The notes under the pieces: generated by a model
Database searches by the model: none
Told to the model about the DNA's origin: nothing
The model's input: the letters and a program-made list of their open reading frames with translations, nothing else
Shown: positions 39,042 through 49,000 of the stretch, piece after piece
Numbering within the stretch: the stretch's first letter is position 1
Layout of the letters: the number at the start of each line of letters is the position of its first letter
Program-made: the position numbers and the translations under genes
IMG/VR virus record: IMGVR_UViG_3300013093_000017
Span: 165,676 to 229,675 of that record
Reading direction: 5' to 3' (one strand)
DNA: 64,000 bases

Positions 39042-40217
39042 ATGTCACAATTATTAAACGAAAGATGGTCAGAGACCAAAGACGCGCTGCTTGAAGGCCT
39101 ACAAGGTAACCGTAAAGCATCTATGAACGTAGTTTTAGAGAACACACGTAAGTACCTAGGCGAAGCAGCAACAGCAGGTGCAACAAGTTCTGGTAACGTA
39201 GCTACACTTAACCGTGTAATTCTTCCAGTAATTCGTCGTGTAATGCCAACAGTTATCGCTAATGAAATTATCGGCGTTCAACCAATGACAGGTCCAGTTG
39301 GACAAATCCACACATTGCGTGTACGTTACGCAGACAGTGGTGATGGTATTGTAGCTGGTGAAGAAGCATTATCACCATTCAAGATTGCTGCTGCTTACTC
39401 TGGTAACAACACTGACTCAAATCCAAAAGCTGCTTCAACAGCACAATTGGAAGGTCAACCAGGTAAACGCATGTCAATCCAAATCTTGAAAGCTCCAGTT
39501 GAAGCTAAGTCTCGTAAACTAAGCGCACGTTGGACTTTTGAGGCTGCTCAAGATGCACAAAGCCAACAAGGCATTGACATCGAAGCAGAAATCATGGCTG
39601 CACTAGCACAAGAAATTACTGCTGAAATTGACCAAGAGATCTTAGCATCTCTACGTGGTTTAGCTTCAGTAGAAGAAACATATGACCAAGCGTTAGTTTC
39701 AGGTACTGCTACATTCGTTGGTGATGAACATGCTGCTTTAGCAATTCAAATCAACCGTGTATCAAACTTGATCGCTCAACGTACACGTCGTGGCGCAGGT
39801 AACTGGGCAGTTGTTTCTAACCAAGCATTAACGATTTTACAATCTGCTACTACTTCAGCTTTTGCTCGTACAACAGAAGGTACATTCGAAGCTCCAACAA
39901 ATACTAAATTCGTTGGTACTTTAAACGGTGCTATGCGTATCTACGTTGACAGCTACAAAGCTGATACAGATACAACTAACCAAGTATTGATCGGTTATAA
40001 AGGTGCTTCAGAAGCTGATGCTCCTGCGTTCTACTGCCCATACATTCCTTTGATGTCAAGCGGTGTTGTATTAGATCCTAATACATTCGAACCAGTAGTT
40101 GGTTTCCTTACAAGATACGGCTACGTCGAGCTTTCAAATACTGCGAGTTCATTGGGCAATGCAGCTGACTACTTAGGTAAAGTGGCAATCAACAACCAAA
40201 CAGTTTCATTCAAATAA
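39042..40217 (+). CDS. gp23: Major capsid protein
   Basis: IIGVQPMTGP, AKSRKLSARWTFEAAQD, EITAEIDQEI, FYCPYIPL and FEPVVGFLTRYG motifs. Confidence 0.97.
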   Translation: MSQLLNERWSETKDALLEGLQGNRKASMNVVLENTRKYLGEAATAGATSSGNVATLNRVILPVIRRVMPTVIANEIIGVQPMTGPVGQIHTLRVRYADSGDGIVAGEEALSPFKIAAAYSGNNTDSNPKAASTAQLEGQPGKRMSIQILKAPVEAKSRKLSARWTFEAAQDAQSQQGIDIEAEIMAALAQEITAEIDQEILASLRGLASVEETYDQALVSGTATFVGDEHAALAIQINRVSNLIAQRTRRGAGNWAVVSNQALTILQSATTSAFARTTEGTFEAPTNTKFVGTLNGAMRIYVDSYKADTDTTNQVLIGYKGASEADAPAFYCPYIPLMSSGVVLDPNTFEPVVGFLTRYGYVELSNTASSLGNAADYLGKVAINNQTVSFK

Positions 40218-40243
40218 TTCGTTATTTGTTATTAAACTAAATG

Positions 40244-40268
40244 AAAAAGCACCTTCGGGTGCTTTTTT
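40244..40268 (+). terminator. Rho-independent terminator after gp23
   Basis: AAAAAGCACC-TTCG-GGTGC-TTTTTT; UUCG tetraloop plus U-tract. Confidence 0.9.
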
Positions 40269-40269
40269 G

Positions 40270-40298
40270 TTGACTTTATTTTCTAAAGAGTGTACTAT
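40270..40298 (+). promoter_or_regulatory. Sigma70-type promoter downstream of the gp23 terminator
   Basis: TTGACT, 17-nt spacer, TACTAT. Confidence 0.55.
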
Positions 40299-40325
40299 GT
40301 TAGTTAACTCTACATAAATATCAAT

Positions 40326-41102
40326 ATGAACAAATACGAAAAATGGTATAATAATATAGTAGCAATGGGCTTAATAGATCGCCCTAATATGCGCACTGCC
40401 CGGCACCACATCATTCCTGAGAGTTTTTTCAAGAATAGAACACGTAAAGGCCCCCCTGGGTGGTTAGATGGTAATCCTGATGATCCATCTAACCTCACAT
40501 TTCTTACAGGAAGGGAACACTTTATATGCCACTGGCTATTGACTAAGATTTATAGCGGAGAAGCTAAAGCCAAGATGATATATGCATTACGGATGATGAG
40601 AGCAGGAGAATACTATACAAAAATAACTGCAAGAGTATATTCTAATATAAAAGAAGAATATTCTAAAATTGCTAGTACCGCTGTTTCTGGAGAAAATAAT
40701 CCTATGTGGGGTAAAACACACACCGAAGAAACAAAAGATAAAATACGGCAAGCAAACCTAGGTAATCAAATAAATGAAGAACAGCGTAAAAAGATAAGTG
40801 ACAGCAAGTTAGGCAGAAAGCGTTCGCCATTTAGTGATGAGTGGATAGCAAATATAAAAGCGGCAAGGCAAGGTGAATTAAATGGTATGTATGGAAAAAA
40901 TCACTCAGAAGAAACTAGAAAGAAACAAAGCGAAAAAGCCAAAGGCAGAAAATATAGTGCAGATGTAGTTGAAAAACGTGCTGCAAAGATTAGAGGTAGT
41001 AAAAGAGAAAAACTTCTCTGCCCGCACTGTAATAAAGATGTAGCAGTAAATGGATATGCAAGATGGCACGGCGACAATTGTAAACTTAAAGGACCTAAAT
41101 AA
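40326..41102 (+). CDS. HNH homing endonuclease with NUMOD3 repeats
   Basis: HHIIP...NLTFLTGREHFICH; NPMWGKTHTEETKDKI and GMYGKNHSEETRKK repeats; C-terminal CPHC...RWHGDNCK. Confidence 0.85.
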   Translation: MNKYEKWYNNIVAMGLIDRPNMRTARHHIIPESFFKNRTRKGPPGWLDGNPDDPSNLTFLTGREHFICHWLLTKIYSGEAKAKMIYALRMMRAGEYYTKITARVYSNIKEEYSKIASTAVSGENNPMWGKTHTEETKDKIRQANLGNQINEEQRKKISDSKLGRKRSPFSDEWIANIKAARQGELNGMYGKNHSEETRKKQSEKAKGRKYSADVVEKRAAKIRGSKREKLLCPHCNKDVAVNGYARWHGDNCKLKGPK

Positions 41103-41632
41103 TGAAACAATACGAATTTGCAGATATAGAACCACTAATTATTGAATACAGTAAAGGAAATAAATGGGTACATCCGTATATAAAAGAGTGGTATACCCCT
41201 GAATCTGGTAGCGAGCATGATACTGATGTTTTTCGAGTCTATTTCAAAAATAAAAAAGACGAAATGATGTATGTATATTTTAAATCTGATTATCTAACAC
41301 AAAAAACTAACGAGTACTTTGCACAAGAAGATTGGGAGGATATGCCAAAACAAGGAATATTTAACCCGCCATACATAGATACAACTTTGGTGTACAATTG
41401 TTTGCAAATGACATTAGTTGAAGATATGTGGACTCCAGCGCCACCTAGAGGTACTATTAAAAACAGCAAAGAATATGCTAAATGGAGAGAACAATATCCT
41501 TCTGAACAATTTTGTTTTACCAAAGACGGTAAGCAGGTTAGCAAATTCCTTAACTTAGATGCAAAGGTTAATTTCTTTTCGTTAGATTGCGGACTTACTA
41601 CAGACGGTACTGATTGGTTTTGCGAATCTTAG
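41102..41632 (+). CDS. Hypothetical protein, flanked by 19-bp direct repeats
   Basis: TAAAGGA RBS; start overlaps the upstream stop. Confidence 0.65.
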   Translation: MKQYEFADIEPLIIEYSKGNKWVHPYIKEWYTPESGSEHDTDVFRVYFKNKKDEMMYVYFKSDYLTQKTNEYFAQEDWEDMPKQGIFNPPYIDTTLVYNCLQMTLVEDMWTPAPPRGTIKNSKEYAKWREQYPSEQFCFTKDGKQVSKFLNLDAKVNFFSLDCGLTTDGTDWFCES

Positions 41633-41679
41633 ACCCGCTAGCACGGCGACAACTGTAAATACAGTAAAGGAACGGAGCA

Positions 41680-41853
41680 ATGACCAACAAAGAACTTAAC
41701 AAAATAATCAATGCAATGCCAGAACACCTTGAGTTTAATCTATCTGGCACGATAAAGGAAAGCGCACCACCGTCTAAAACTGTAGAAGAGATTCGCCAAG
41801 AAATTGATAAACTAAGTGAAGAAATTAATAAATGGTGTGACAATGAGAATTAA
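41680..41853 (+). CDS. Small hypothetical protein (57 aa, not in ORF track)
   Basis: MTNKELNKIINAMPEHL...KWCDNEN*; AAGGA/GGAG RBS; TAAATA at 41656. Confidence 0.55.
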   Translation: MTNKELNKIINAMPEHLEFNLSGTIKESAPPSKTVEEIRQEIDKLSEEINKWCDNEN

Positions 41854-42148
41854 AGACTTATTAGAATCGCCTGCTGATATACATTTAATGTTAAAATTAA
41901 TGGGATATGATTTACAGTTATTACAAACGAATTCTAAAAAAGTAAAAGAGAAGGTTGAGGCCTCTCCTAATCACGCTACTATACTCTCAATGAAAAGTTT
42001 TTTGGTACAGGTCAATTCTAAGTTATACGAGATAGCAGAGCTCAGCCAATGGCATACTTGGGCAAACACTAAAGATGGAAAAGATACAATGGAAGAGATT
42101 GACCAATTATATAATGATAATATTAAATTTATGAAAAGGTTTCCTTAA
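41843..42148 (+). CDS. Hypothetical protein with head-internal-type N-terminus
   Basis: ATG 41843 gives MRIKDLLES..., overlapping the 57-aa ORF. Confidence 0.55.
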   Translation: MRIKDLLESPADIHLMLKLMGYDLQLLQTNSKKVKEKVEASPNHATILSMKSFLVQVNSKLYEIAELSQWHTWANTKDGKDTMEEIDQLYNDNIKFMKRFP

Positions 42149-42243
42149 AAGACAATAAATATACTTGTTCACTCTTAAAGAGAGTTTATGCGGAAATCCA
42201 ACCGCGTAGGCGCTAGAACGCTATATTCACAAGGAGAAATAAA

Positions 42244-43236
42244 ATGGGACGTCCTTTAAACGACAGATTTTTTGGTAACCGTAACATCGGTTCCGTAAGT
42301 ACAACAACAGACAACGGCATTGGCGGCGAAGGTATTGCCAGTGTAAGTTGGAGCAATTTAGGTAGCGTGTTAGCTACTAGCGGTAGCGGTACTCCACTAT
42401 CAGGTATACAATTGCCAGCACCAACACTACCAGGTGGCGTACAAGCAACTTGGACATTAGTTTACGGTGTAGACGTTGTATCAACAGGCGCTGGCCGAGC
42501 AGGATTATACACAGGCGATCTTTACACATATCCTGATATTCCTGGCTCAAGTGTTCAAGTTGCATCAACATCAAGTTCAAATGCTACATTTACTGTACTT
42601 GCATCAGGTAGTACAGGCACACTAATCACAGACACACAAGGTGTTAACCTTACTAAAGTATCAGGTGCAGGAGTTGGTACATTCTTAGTTGATGTTAATC
42701 AAAAGATTGTAAGTTCAAACATTGTTGAAAGCGGTTCTGGATACACTGGCGTAGAAACAATCACAGTTACTCTGGCAAACGGCGCAACAGGCCAGGTGCC
42801 AGTAACAAGTGCTATCAACTTAACAACAGACAGCGGAATCCAAAACCCAAGTCAAAACCCAGCAGGCGAAAATGCTAATGCAATCATTATCTACGCTAAC
42901 ACAACTGGCGCAGGTGCTAAGATTGGCGACATACAAAAACAAGTTGGTTCACATCGTTATCGAGTTAAAACAGCAGACGGCGTTGCTCGTGTACAATTAG
43001 TTGCTTCAAATACTCCAGCAATTGGTCAAGCATATATTATTGCAACTGATTCAGGTGGTGCAACCTATTGGGTAACTAAACTAACAGCACGCAGAGCTGT
43101 GTTAACTCCACGTGGTGACGGTACTCCACAATTCCCACTAGTAGACAACGGCGAAGGTGGTACACAACCAGTATCAGCAGGATGGGTATTAAGCGGTGCA
43201 GTAGCTAACCAATCTGTAGTTGTTCAGAACGCTTAA
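42244..43236 (+). CDS. Virion structural protein (possible decoration protein)
   Basis: Own late promoter, strong AAGGAG and own terminator; T/G/S-rich beta-type composition. Confidence 0.55.
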   Translation: MGRPLNDRFFGNRNIGSVSTTTDNGIGGEGIASVSWSNLGSVLATSGSGTPLSGIQLPAPTLPGGVQATWTLVYGVDVVSTGAGRAGLYTGDLYTYPDIPGSSVQVASTSSSNATFTVLASGSTGTLITDTQGVNLTKVSGAGVGTFLVDVNQKIVSSNIVESGSGYTGVETITVTLANGATGQVPVTSAINLTTDSGIQNPSQNPAGENANAIIIYANTTGAGAKIGDIQKQVGSHRYRVKTADGVARVQLVASNTPAIGQAYIIATDSGGATYWVTKLTARRAVLTPRGDGTPQFPLVDNGEGGTQPVSAGWVLSGAVANQSVVVQNA

Positions 43237-43250
43237 TCATTAAGTGTATG

Positions 43251-43279
43251 AAAATAGAGCCTCCGGGCTCTATTTTTTT
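43251..43279 (+). terminator. Rho-independent terminator
   Basis: AAAATAGAGCC-TCCG-GGCTCTA-TTTTTTT. Confidence 0.88.
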
Positions 43280-43293
43280 GGGTAAATAATCAT

Positions 43294-43812
43294 ATGACAA
43301 CAGCCTGGTTCCTACCTAATACCGTAACACAATTTGCCGAAATACCTCAGCATATAGCTTGGCAAGGTGAAGAAAATAATTACGCTTATCTACGTACTGT
43401 AGATGCTTACCTATCTACTAAAAGTGAATTATTACACATTGCAAATCCTTCTGTAAACGATCTTAAGATGAAGACCTATTATCTTTATCTTACCAACTTT
43501 AATATCACAGGCTTGCCTGATGTAGTATCAGGAGTTGAAGTACAAATTGATATGAAACGTGGTGGCCGTATCACAGACGAAACAATACAACTACGTTATA
43601 ACAATGAATTTATTGGAGTAAATCGTGCTTCATATCCATTAGATAATAATACATTATATGGCGGCCCGACTGATTTATGGGAATTAGACAGTATATCTAC
43701 AGATATTATAACAGATCCTAGCTTTGGGCTAGGAATAAGATACCAGAGCCACCCATTTTGGCCACATAAAGAACACCCGATGCTTAACTACATTATGTTA
43801 AGAGTTTGGTAA
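43294..43812 (+). CDS. Hypothetical (probable virion) protein
   Basis: ORF following TAAATA, within the structural cluster. Confidence 0.6.
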   Translation: MTTAWFLPNTVTQFAEIPQHIAWQGEENNYAYLRTVDAYLSTKSELLHIANPSVNDLKMKTYYLYLTNFNITGLPDVVSGVEVQIDMKRGGRITDETIQLRYNNEFIGVNRASYPLDNNTLYGGPTDLWELDSISTDIITDPSFGLGIRYQSHPFWPHKEHPMLNYIMLRVW

Positions 43813-43840
43813 TACAATAAATACACTAAAGGAAACAGCA

Positions 43841-44851
43841 ATGCCGACAGATGTTCTTAAATTATCAGGTGATTACCTACTAGATGCCAGCAATGGTAAT
43901 GTAACTATTGATGTTACAAATGCCTCTACAACCGGCACAGTGACCATCATTGGTAATTTAGATGTAGTTGGAGTGAATACTAATCTTCAAACGATTAATT
44001 CCGAAATACAGGATAATATACTAATCCTTAACAGTGGCGAAACTGCTAACTATGGAATTACATTAAACACTGCGGGGATATTAATTTCACGTGGTAATAA
44101 TAATGATCCCAGTCAAGCAGCCACTATCATATATGACGAAACACCCGGCGGCTCAGGACAATGGACTGACAACGGTGGCAATATTCATGCAGGATTGTTT
44201 AAATTTTCATCAGCTGGTGCAGGTACAGCTATTCAAACTAATGCAATTAGAATTGACACTAACACTACCAGCACACTAAACATCTTAGGCGCAGAAGGCG
44301 GCTCAGCAATGATCAATGTTAAAGGTCAAAGCAATTATGCTAGCCGAGTTGTTGATCCGGATGACATTCCTAATAAACAATATGTAGATAACGCATTATA
44401 CGCAGGTACAATATTTGCTAAACGTATTCAAGTTGGTAATACGTTTATGAAGATTACTGATAATAGTGTTCAATTTACTGATCCACCTAACTACGGTCCA
44501 AACAGAATATTTGCTGCCCTAGGTACATCAACTAATGAAGTATTCAGCTTAGAAGGCAATACTGCGGTAATTCAAGGCATAACAATTGATAATTCTATCA
44601 TCAGTGCTAATAATACTGCAACTGATCTAGTATTACAACCGCCAGTAGGCTACGGTGTTGTGATCAATGAAGCATTAAAGATTGGTGAGATAACATCTAG
44701 TACTGTAATTACTGCCCAAGCAAACGTAGACACATTGTACTACACAGCAAATCCAGGCGGCGGCGGCACAGGATTGTATTATGTAAATACAAATCAGAGC
44801 GATGAATTAGTAAGTCGTAGAAAAGCAATCATCTACGGTATTATATTTTAA
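43841..44851 (+). CDS. Virion structural protein
   Basis: Fibre-like beta-strand composition; AAGGA RBS; TAAATA at 43818. Confidence 0.6.
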   Translation: MPTDVLKLSGDYLLDASNGNVTIDVTNASTTGTVTIIGNLDVVGVNTNLQTINSEIQDNILILNSGETANYGITLNTAGILISRGNNNDPSQAATIIYDETPGGSGQWTDNGGNIHAGLFKFSSAGAGTAIQTNAIRIDTNTTSTLNILGAEGGSAMINVKGQSNYASRVVDPDDIPNKQYVDNALYAGTIFAKRIQVGNTFMKITDNSVQFTDPPNYGPNRIFAALGTSTNEVFSLEGNTAVIQGITIDNSIISANNTATDLVLQPPVGYGVVINEALKIGEITSSTVITAQANVDTLYYTANPGGGGTGLYYVNTNQSDELVSRRKAIIYGIIF

Positions 44852-44863
44852 GGTTAACAAAAA

Positions 44864-45187
44864 ATGGCGATATCAAACGTACGAGTAGAATCAACACAAA
44901 CTACAAAAATATTTATGGCACCTCTAAACGAGGAACATGCAATTACAACTATGTTTTTCTGTAATCAAGATTCATCAAATGATACAGCAATAGACATTTA
45001 TCTTGTTCCAGGTGGATCAGGATTAAGCACAGGCTCGCAGGTGATCAAATCATTAGCATTGCCTAGAACAGAAACATTTGTGTTTGATGCTGAGAAACTT
45101 ATCTTGGCCAATGGTGATACTATCTACGCAGAAGCTACAGTAGATAAGATTGTAGTAGCAACTATAAGTTCAGTTAAGACTTCATAA
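44864..45187 (+). CDS. Small virion structural protein (paralog of 53536-53931)
   Basis: KLILANGDTIYA resembles KMIIESLDSVICY in 53536-53931. Confidence 0.55.
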   Translation: MAISNVRVESTQTTKIFMAPLNEEHAITTMFFCNQDSSNDTAIDIYLVPGGSGLSTGSQVIKSLALPRTETFVFDAEKLILANGDTIYAEATVDKIVVATISSVKTS

Positions 45188-45189
45188 TT

Positions 45190-45975
45190 ATGAGATATAT
45201 CAAAAAACTTGCCCTATATGCCAAAAACCCTGCTGATGACAGATTGTCTGTTGAACCAGATAATCGTATTGTTACTAACAGTGTAACCAGTTTAGAAGTT
45301 CCTACAGGAACTAAAGCACAACGACCAACTACCTTAGTAGACGGTACAATTCGTTACAACACTGATCTAGGCGAGTTTGAAGTTTACAACAGTCAAAACC
45401 CAGGCGTTAGACCTTGGGAAATATTACGTACAATACGTCAAGCAACTATTACTCCACAAAATTTAGGTTATGGTAATTATGTAGATTATCTATTTGGCCC
45501 GTTAAGTTATGATGTTGCTATTTCTAAACCACAAAACGTATTAGTGTTTGTGGACAATGTTTATCAAACACCTACTACCAATTACACATTAACATCTAAT
45601 CCTGTTAGTTCTACAGCTACATTGGCTATATCAACTATCACTGGTGTAACAACATTATATCTAAACACACTGACTAGTATTGACACAGGCGAACCAGGCA
45701 AATGGAGAACAATTAGTGCTTCATCTGGTATTCAACTTGGCACTACTGTAACCAGCGTGAGCACCACATATAACAATACAATCCACGGATGGCCAGTTGG
45801 TATCAGCTTGCCAACAAACGGTCCTATGTCGGCTGGGGCACTAGTTTCAGTTAACTATAGTGCTGGTACATATATTCAGTTTACTGGACCAGTACCTGCC
45901 AAACCGGTATTTGCCCTATTAGGTTTTGATGGATATTTCCCTGCTGGGCCTAACGGCACTGCTTTTGAATCGTAA
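45190..45975 (+). CDS. Virion structural protein
   Basis: VPTGTKAQRP...GTIRYNTDLGEFEVY and VLVFVDNVYQ motifs common in T4-like fibre/wedge proteins. Confidence 0.65.
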   Translation: MRYIKKLALYAKNPADDRLSVEPDNRIVTNSVTSLEVPTGTKAQRPTTLVDGTIRYNTDLGEFEVYNSQNPGVRPWEILRTIRQATITPQNLGYGNYVDYLFGPLSYDVAISKPQNVLVFVDNVYQTPTTNYTLTSNPVSSTATLAISTITGVTTLYLNTLTSIDTGEPGKWRTISASSGIQLGTTVTSVSTTYNNTIHGWPVGISLPTNGPMSAGALVSVNYSAGTYIQFTGPVPAKPVFALLGFDGYFPAGPNGTAFES

Positions 45976-46099
45976 CAGATCGGTTTAATCTCCCCGTAAT
46001 AAATACACTTGATGCCATTATTGTGGCGTTATCATACTGTGGTAAACCCGCAATGTAAGGTGGTTAGCCGTGAAACACGGTGGTTGATGAGGAGCTCCA

Positions 46100-49000
46100 A
46101 TGGCCATAGGTCGCATTTCCGGTCCGCTGCTATCGAAAAACCTGTTACGTGACGGGGTTGATCTAGCATTTGAAACCGATTTATTATATCTCGACGTTAC
46201 AGACGGTCGCATCGGCATACGAAAAAGTAATCCAGCCTACGAGTTAGACGTCAACGGAACCATCAACGCAAACAATCTTCGAGTAACTTACACAGGTCCC
46301 GGCACAGGATCAGCAACACTTGGTAAGTTAACAATTAACTCAGGAACAATTTCAACTACTGTTGGTCCAGTAACAATTCAACCTAGCGGCAATGATAAGA
46401 TTAACCTAGTCGGTGACACAACCGTTACAGGAAACTTACACGCAACTGGCAATATTACATCAGATGGCGATATTACCATTGGTGATAACGCAAATATTGA
46501 TAATGTTGTATTCAATGCTGAAATTAAATCAAACATTATTCCGGCGGCCACCGGCCTATACACATTAGGTAATGAGAATAATTCTTGGGCAACTACCTAT
46601 GCCGACACAGTGGTTGCTAACGCATTATCTAGTCGTGGCAATATTGAAATCACCCCACATGGCGGTTTATTAGAAATCAACAGTGACATTCGCGTTAGTG
46701 GTAAGAATCCAATCGGTACTGCTCCGGTGGTTACCAACGTATTGTATGTAACAATGGACGGTAACGATACTAACGATGGCCGAGCACAAGATCCAAGTCG
46801 TGCATGTAAGACAATTAGTGGCGCTGTTCGTAGTCCTTACTATCGTCCGGGAACATTAATTCGTGTATCTAGCGGACACTATTACGAAAACAATCCAATT
46901 TTAATGCAGCCTAACACTGCTATCATCGGTGATGACTTACGTACAACTAGTATTGAGCCGATTAACAAAACACAAGATTTATTTCACGTACAATCTGGTT
47001 GCTATCTAGCACAGATGCAGTTCTTAAATGGCCGCAGTGGATTATTACCTGGTCCTTATGTTCCTGGAACTAACCGCGGCGCATTTGCTGTGGCATTTCC
47101 TCCAAGCGTAAACGGCAAAAAGTTAGATGTATATCAATCACCATATATACAAAACTGTACTAACCAAAGCGGTCCTTGGTTAATTGATGGTACTGTGTTT
47201 GTTCCTAACCAAACTATACAAGTTCCTACAGGAGTAGGAATGACACAATTTGAAGCCAACACTAACACAATTACTGTAACAGTGTCAGAAGGTGTAATTA
47301 AATTAGGCGACAACGTTATCAGCGGTCCGCAAGATCCTGGCTTCTTTAACGCAAGAACATTGTTGTTGGCAAACATACCATTTATAGAAGATCAAGCTAT
47401 AACATACATTAATGACCTAGTGCTGACTGCAACTAATACTAATGATATCGGAAATCCATTCTATAATTTTAAATATGAGCAATCTAAATGGTCACGAGAT
47501 TTAGGACTTATCATTCAAAACATTGCTTACGATGCTACATTTGGTGGTAACCAAAAGAGTGTCGAATCTGGCTTAGCCTACTACAACGGTGTTGTCAACC
47601 TAATCGAAGGTCAACAGACACAATTTACCACAGCAATTAATTACGTTAACACCTTAAGCCAAGCTATCATACAAAATATAGCGGTTACTCCTGTAAGTAC
47701 TGCTACAACACAGGTAATTAATACAGCATTAGTAAATGGCGTAATTGCCTCAGACGAGATCAATGCTGGTATCAGCATTATTACAAATATTATCAACAAC
47801 GGTCCTGGTGTTGCTCCGGCTGTGTTTAATAGTTGCGGCCCAGAAAATCCAAGCGTTAGCGCAGAAATATTATTACAAGCAAATAGAACATTCTTACAAG
47901 AAGAAGTAACTGCGTATGTAGACGCACAGTATCCAACCTTTGAATACAAAAAAGACTATTGCTACCGAGATGTTGGCTTGATCGTAGATGCGGTTAGCCA
48001 AGACATAATTGTAGGTGGCAACACAAAATCAATCGAAGCCGCATTAAGTTACTTCACAGGCAGCAAAGGAGATAGCAGCGTAGCTGAGCAGGCAATTACT
48101 AGCAACATTGAATTAATCAAAAATATTATCGTAAACGGTTCTGCTACAGCACCTACTCCTATATCAGGACCAAACCAAGGCACCGGATTTAGCAATGCCG
48201 CTGACCTACTAACTAAGAATAAATTATTCCTACAATCTGAAATCAGTGCGTATGTACGCACTATTATTACCTTAACTCCACAACAAGAAGCATTATGTTA
48301 TAGAGACCTTGGGCTAATTGTTGATGCTCTATCTGCTGACACAGGAGCAGGCGGCAATGTAAACAGCATCTATGCTGCCTTACAATATTTCAGCGGTATG
48401 ACTAACATCTTACCTAGCAATGAAATTACTCCATTAGCACAGGCGTTGGATTACATGGTTACCTTGTGTGCAAATATTGTTAAGAATACACAAAATACTA
48501 ATCTATATCAAAAATTAATTTCTCAAGTAATATCATTACCTGTGGCATCATTAGCAGAATACAATAGTGCCGCAGCTAATATAGATTTAATAACAGATAT
48601 TATCACAGTTGGCCCAAGTGCTGCTCCAACTGATGTGCCAATTAGTCTATCAATGTCAACTGCTACCACAGCATATAACGCATTTAGAATACTAACAGAA
48701 AATAAAGATTTCTTATCAGCAGAAGTAACTGGATATATTGACAGTGTATTTGGCGGCGGCTTTAACTACAATACAGGAACATGTTTTAGAGATACGGGAC
48801 TTATTGTAGACAGTCTAGCATTTGACCTATTATACCAAGGTAACACACAGGCTATATTTGCAGGTTCACAGTATTATAACCAAAGTACCTACACTGGTCA
48901 AATTGGTCGCGAACTAACCACAACCACTAATGCTATTAAGTATGCTAAGATGTTAGCAGAATTAGTAGCGGTTAATTCGACTGTGACTAATTTACAAGCA

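Noticed and set aside
46036-46085. c-di-GMP-I (GEMM) riboswitch
   Set aside because: Only the GGTAAACC and GAAA words resemble it; the conserved two-stem architecture is not matched.
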